11,425 nt of DNA from Sandaracinaceae bacterium (GTDB taxonomy: Bacteria; Myxococcota_A; Polyangia; Polyangiales; Sandaracinaceae), in NCBI GenBank assembly GCA_044220955.1, contig JBGAQA010000149.1:1-11425 (forward strand). Reading direction: 5' to 3'. The notes beneath the pieces are model-generated. The model made no database searches. It saw nothing but the letters and a program-made list of their open reading frames with translations, and was not told the DNA's origin. The position numbers were made by a program, and so were the translations under genes. Position 1 is the first letter of the stretch, and every line of letters starts with the position of its first letter. Below, in pieces: positions 9,170 to 11,425 of the stretch.

Positions 9170-11113
9170 ATGCGTCGCGACGCGACCGAGGTGGCAGCGC
9201 TGCTCGGCTCCGCGGGGCAGGGCGGGGAGGAGATGCGCGAGTTCCTCGACGCCCTGCCCGACCTCGTCACCCGCTTCGACCTCGAGCTGCGGCCCGTGTT
9301 CATGAACCGCGCGGCCCGCGAGATGACGAGCTGGTGCGCGGCCTGGTACGCAGCCCACCCCGAGGAGGCCGCGGGCCAGGCGAAGCTTCAGGCCACGCTG
9401 CGGCGCGCGCTCGAGACCGGCGAGCAGGTGGACGTGGAGGACTCGCTGCCGGGCTCGGAGGGCAAGCGCTGGTTCCTGACCACGGCGGTGCCCGTGCGCG
9501 GCCCGGACGGCGCGCCCCAGGGCGTGCTCGGGCTCAGCCGCGACATCACCGATCGCAAGGCGGCCGAGCAGGCCATGCGCGAGAGCGAGGCGCGGTTCCG
9601 CGCCACCTTCGAGCAGGCCGCGGTGGGCATCGCGCACGTCTCCACCGACGGGCGCTTCGTGCGCTTCAACCAGAAGCTGTGCGACATCGTCGGCTACACG
9701 CGCGACGAGCTGGCCGCGCTCACCTTCCAGGACATCACCCACGAGCAGGACCTGGAGGCGGATCTCGCCTACGTGCAGAGGATGCTCGAAGGCAGCATCC
9801 AGACCTACTCGATGGAGAAGCGCTACCTGCACAAGGGCGGCGGCGTGGTCTGGATCAACCTCACGGTCTCGCTCATCAAGAAGCCCGACGGCACGCCCGA
9901 CTGGTTCGTCTCGGTCATCGAGGACATCAGCACGCGCAAGAACGCCGAGGAGCAGCGCCACCGCCTGGAGGAGCAGCTGCACTCCTCGCAGAAGCTCGAG
10001 GCCGTGGGTCGGCTGGCGGGCGGCGTGGCCCACGACTTCAACAACCTCCTCTCCGTCGTGCTGGCCAACGCCGAGTTCGCGCTCGACGCCGTGCGCAGGG
10101 GCGATCCCCTGTTCCGGGACCTCACGGAGATCCGCGCCGCCGCCGAGCGTGCCGCCTCGCTCACGCGCCAGCTGCTGGCCTTCAGCCGTCGGCAGATCCT
10201 CGAGCCCGAGGTGCTGACGCTCAACCACGTCGTCTCGGGCATCGAGGGCATGCTCAAGCGCCTGATCGGAGAGGACGTGGAGGTGAGCCTCGAGCTCGAG
10301 CGCGAGCTCGGCAACGTCGTCGCCGATCCCGGGCAGATCGAGCAGGTGATCATGAACCTGGCGGTCAACGCGCGCGACGCCATGCCCAAGGGCGGCACGC
10401 TCAAGATCCTCACCGCCAACCGCGAGATCGACGAGCGATCGGCCGCGCGCCACGAGCCGGTGCGCCCCGGTTCCTACGTGATGCTCGCCGTCACCGACTC
10501 GGGGGCCGGGATGGACGCGGCCACGCGCGAGCGAATCTTCGAGCCCTTCTTCACCACCAAGGAGAAGGGCAAGGGCACCGGCCTCGGGCTCTCCATGGTG
10601 CACGGGATCGTCAACCAGAGCGGCGGCACGATCTCGGTGCACAGCGAGCCGGGCCGGGGCTCGAGCTTCCACGTCTACCTGCCGCGCGTGGACGCGCCGG
10701 TCGCCGACGGCCGGCGGCGGCCCGAGCCGGTCGACGCGACCGGGCGCGAGACGATCCTGCTCGTCGAGGACGAGGAGGTCGTGCGCCGCGTGACCGAGCG
10801 CATCCTCAAGAAGGCCGGCTACACCGTGCTCTCGGCGGCGAGCGGCGGCGACGCCCTGCTCCTGTGCGAGCGACACACCGGGCCCATCGACCTGATGCTC
10901 ACCGACGTCGTGATGCCGCACATGAGCGGGCGCGAGCTGTCCGAGCGCGTCAGCGGCCTGCGTCCCGGGCTCAAGGTGCTGTTCATGTCGGGGTACACCG
11001 ACGACGCCATCCTGCAGCACGGCGTCATGCAGTCGGCGGCGCGCTTCGTGGGCAAGCCCTTCTCGGCGGCCGAGCTCACGGCCAAGGTGCGCGCGCTGCT
11101 CGACGAGGCGTAG
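9170..11113 (+). CDS. Cytoplasmic hybrid sensor histidine kinase/response regulator (PAS-PAS-HisKA-HATPase-REC, CckA-like architecture)
   Basis: Two PAS/PAC domains ending RDIT and EDIS. H-box [14 protein letters not shown]-box [11 protein letters not shown]1 DSGAGM, F-box [10 protein letters not shown]2 GTGLGL. Receiver ILLVEDE...LTDVVMP...MSGY...KPF. No transmembrane segment. Alternative start at 9233. Confidence 0.96.
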   Translation: MRRDATEVAALLGSAGQGGEEMREFLDALPDLVTRFDLELRPVFMNRAAREMTSWCAAWYAAHPEEAAGQAKLQATLRRALETGEQVDVEDSLPGSEGKRWFLTTAVPVRGPDGAPQGVLGLSRDITDRKAAEQAMRESEARFRATFEQAAVGIAHVSTDGRFVRFNQKLCDIVGYTRDELAALTFQDITHEQDLEADLAYVQRMLEGSIQTYSMEKRYLHKGGGVVWINLTVSLIKKPDGTPDWFVSVIEDISTRKNAEEQRHRLEEQLHSSQKLEAVGRLAGGVAHDFNNLLSVVLANAEFALDAVRRGDPLFRDLTEIRAAAERAASLTRQLLAFSRRQILEPEVLTLNHVVSGIEGMLKRLIGEDVEVSLELERELGNVVADPGQIEQVIMNLAVNARDAMPKGGTLKILTANREIDERSAARHEPVRPGSYVMLAVTDSGAGMDAATRERIFEPFFTTKEKGKGTGLGLSMVHGIVNQSGGTISVHSEPGRGSSFHVYLPRVDAPVADGRRRPEPVDATGRETILLVEDEEVVRRVTERILKKAGYTVLSAASGGDALLLCERHTGPIDLMLTDVVMPHMSGRELSERVSGLRPGLKVLFMSGYTDDAILQHGVMQSAARFVGKPFSAAELTAKVRALLDEA

Positions 11114-11171
11114 CCGGCGCTCCGTCCGGGCGGGACGCACGTCGGACCCGACCCCTCGACCCGCCGCGCCG

Positions 11172-11425
11172 TCAGCGCTCGTCCGACCCGGTCTTCGCCA
11201 TCGGGTGCGCCGTGTCGTACACGGCCATCAGGCGGTCGATCGTCACGTGCGTGTAGCGCTGCGTGGTCGAGAGGCTCGCGTGGCCGAGCAGCTCCTGGAT
11301 CGCGCGCAGGTCGGCGCCCGCGTCGAGCAGGTGGCTCGCGAACGAGTGGCGCAGCGCGTGCGGGGTCACCCCCAGCCCGGCGGCCACGGTCGCGAGGCGC
11401 TTCGCCACCACGCGCTGCACGGTGC
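11172..11425 (-). CDS. xerC: Tyrosine recombinase XerC, C-terminal part (gene begins beyond the window)
   Basis: [41 protein letters not shown]...[10 protein letters not shown] carries H-x-x-R, H and the catalytic Y. The [12 protein letters not shown] and VYD.AHP signatures favour XerC over XerD. Confidence 0.9.
   Translation of the reverse strand, partial: TVQRVVAKRLATVAAGLGVTPHALRHSFASHLLDAGADLRAIQELLGHASLSTTQRYTHVTIDRLMAVYDTAHPMAKTGSDER

Noticed and set aside
11114..11171. Intrinsic terminator between the kinase and xerC
   Set aside because: Only a 5-bp stem (CGTCC/GGACG) and no U-tract on either strand.
8092..11256. 1054-aa + ORF and 663-aa - ORF (9149..11140)
   Set aside because: Alternative-frame or antisense shadows of the SDR and histidine kinase, which carry all the conserved motifs.
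11172..11425. Recombinase as a phage or integron integrase defining an island
   Set aside because: Motifs match housekeeping XerC. No att sites, attC cassettes or phage genes are visible.

Overview
Very GC-rich bacterial DNA, most likely from a myxobacterium (Myxococcota/Polyangia-like). This is inferred from Cys-rich lipoproteins with D/A/G-rich linkers, a MYXO-CTERM-like tail and a DDDGDGLVDE motif. Left to right: an intact-looking DD(35)E IS481/IS3-superfamily integrase-core transposase (-), an RCC1/BLIP-II-like lipoprotein (-), a 30-unit CGAGNN hexamer array in a divergent intergenic region, and a secreted CxC-start protein with a MYXO-CTERM-like anchor (+). Then come a 1285-aa Asp-box lipoprotein (-), a 14-Cys small lipoprotein (-), an SDR oxidoreductase (-), a PAS-PAS hybrid histidine kinase (+) and the 3' end of xerC (-). 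The most unusual non-coding signals are the block-ordered hexamer array, which reads as (GGGCTC)n G-quadruplex-type DNA on the - strand, and a shared NATCCTCG -10-like motif 6-8 nt before three ATGs, suggesting leaderless mRNAs. I see no CRISPR array, RNA gene or clearly delimited mobile element, and I cannot demonstrate a new multi-gene system from sequence alone.
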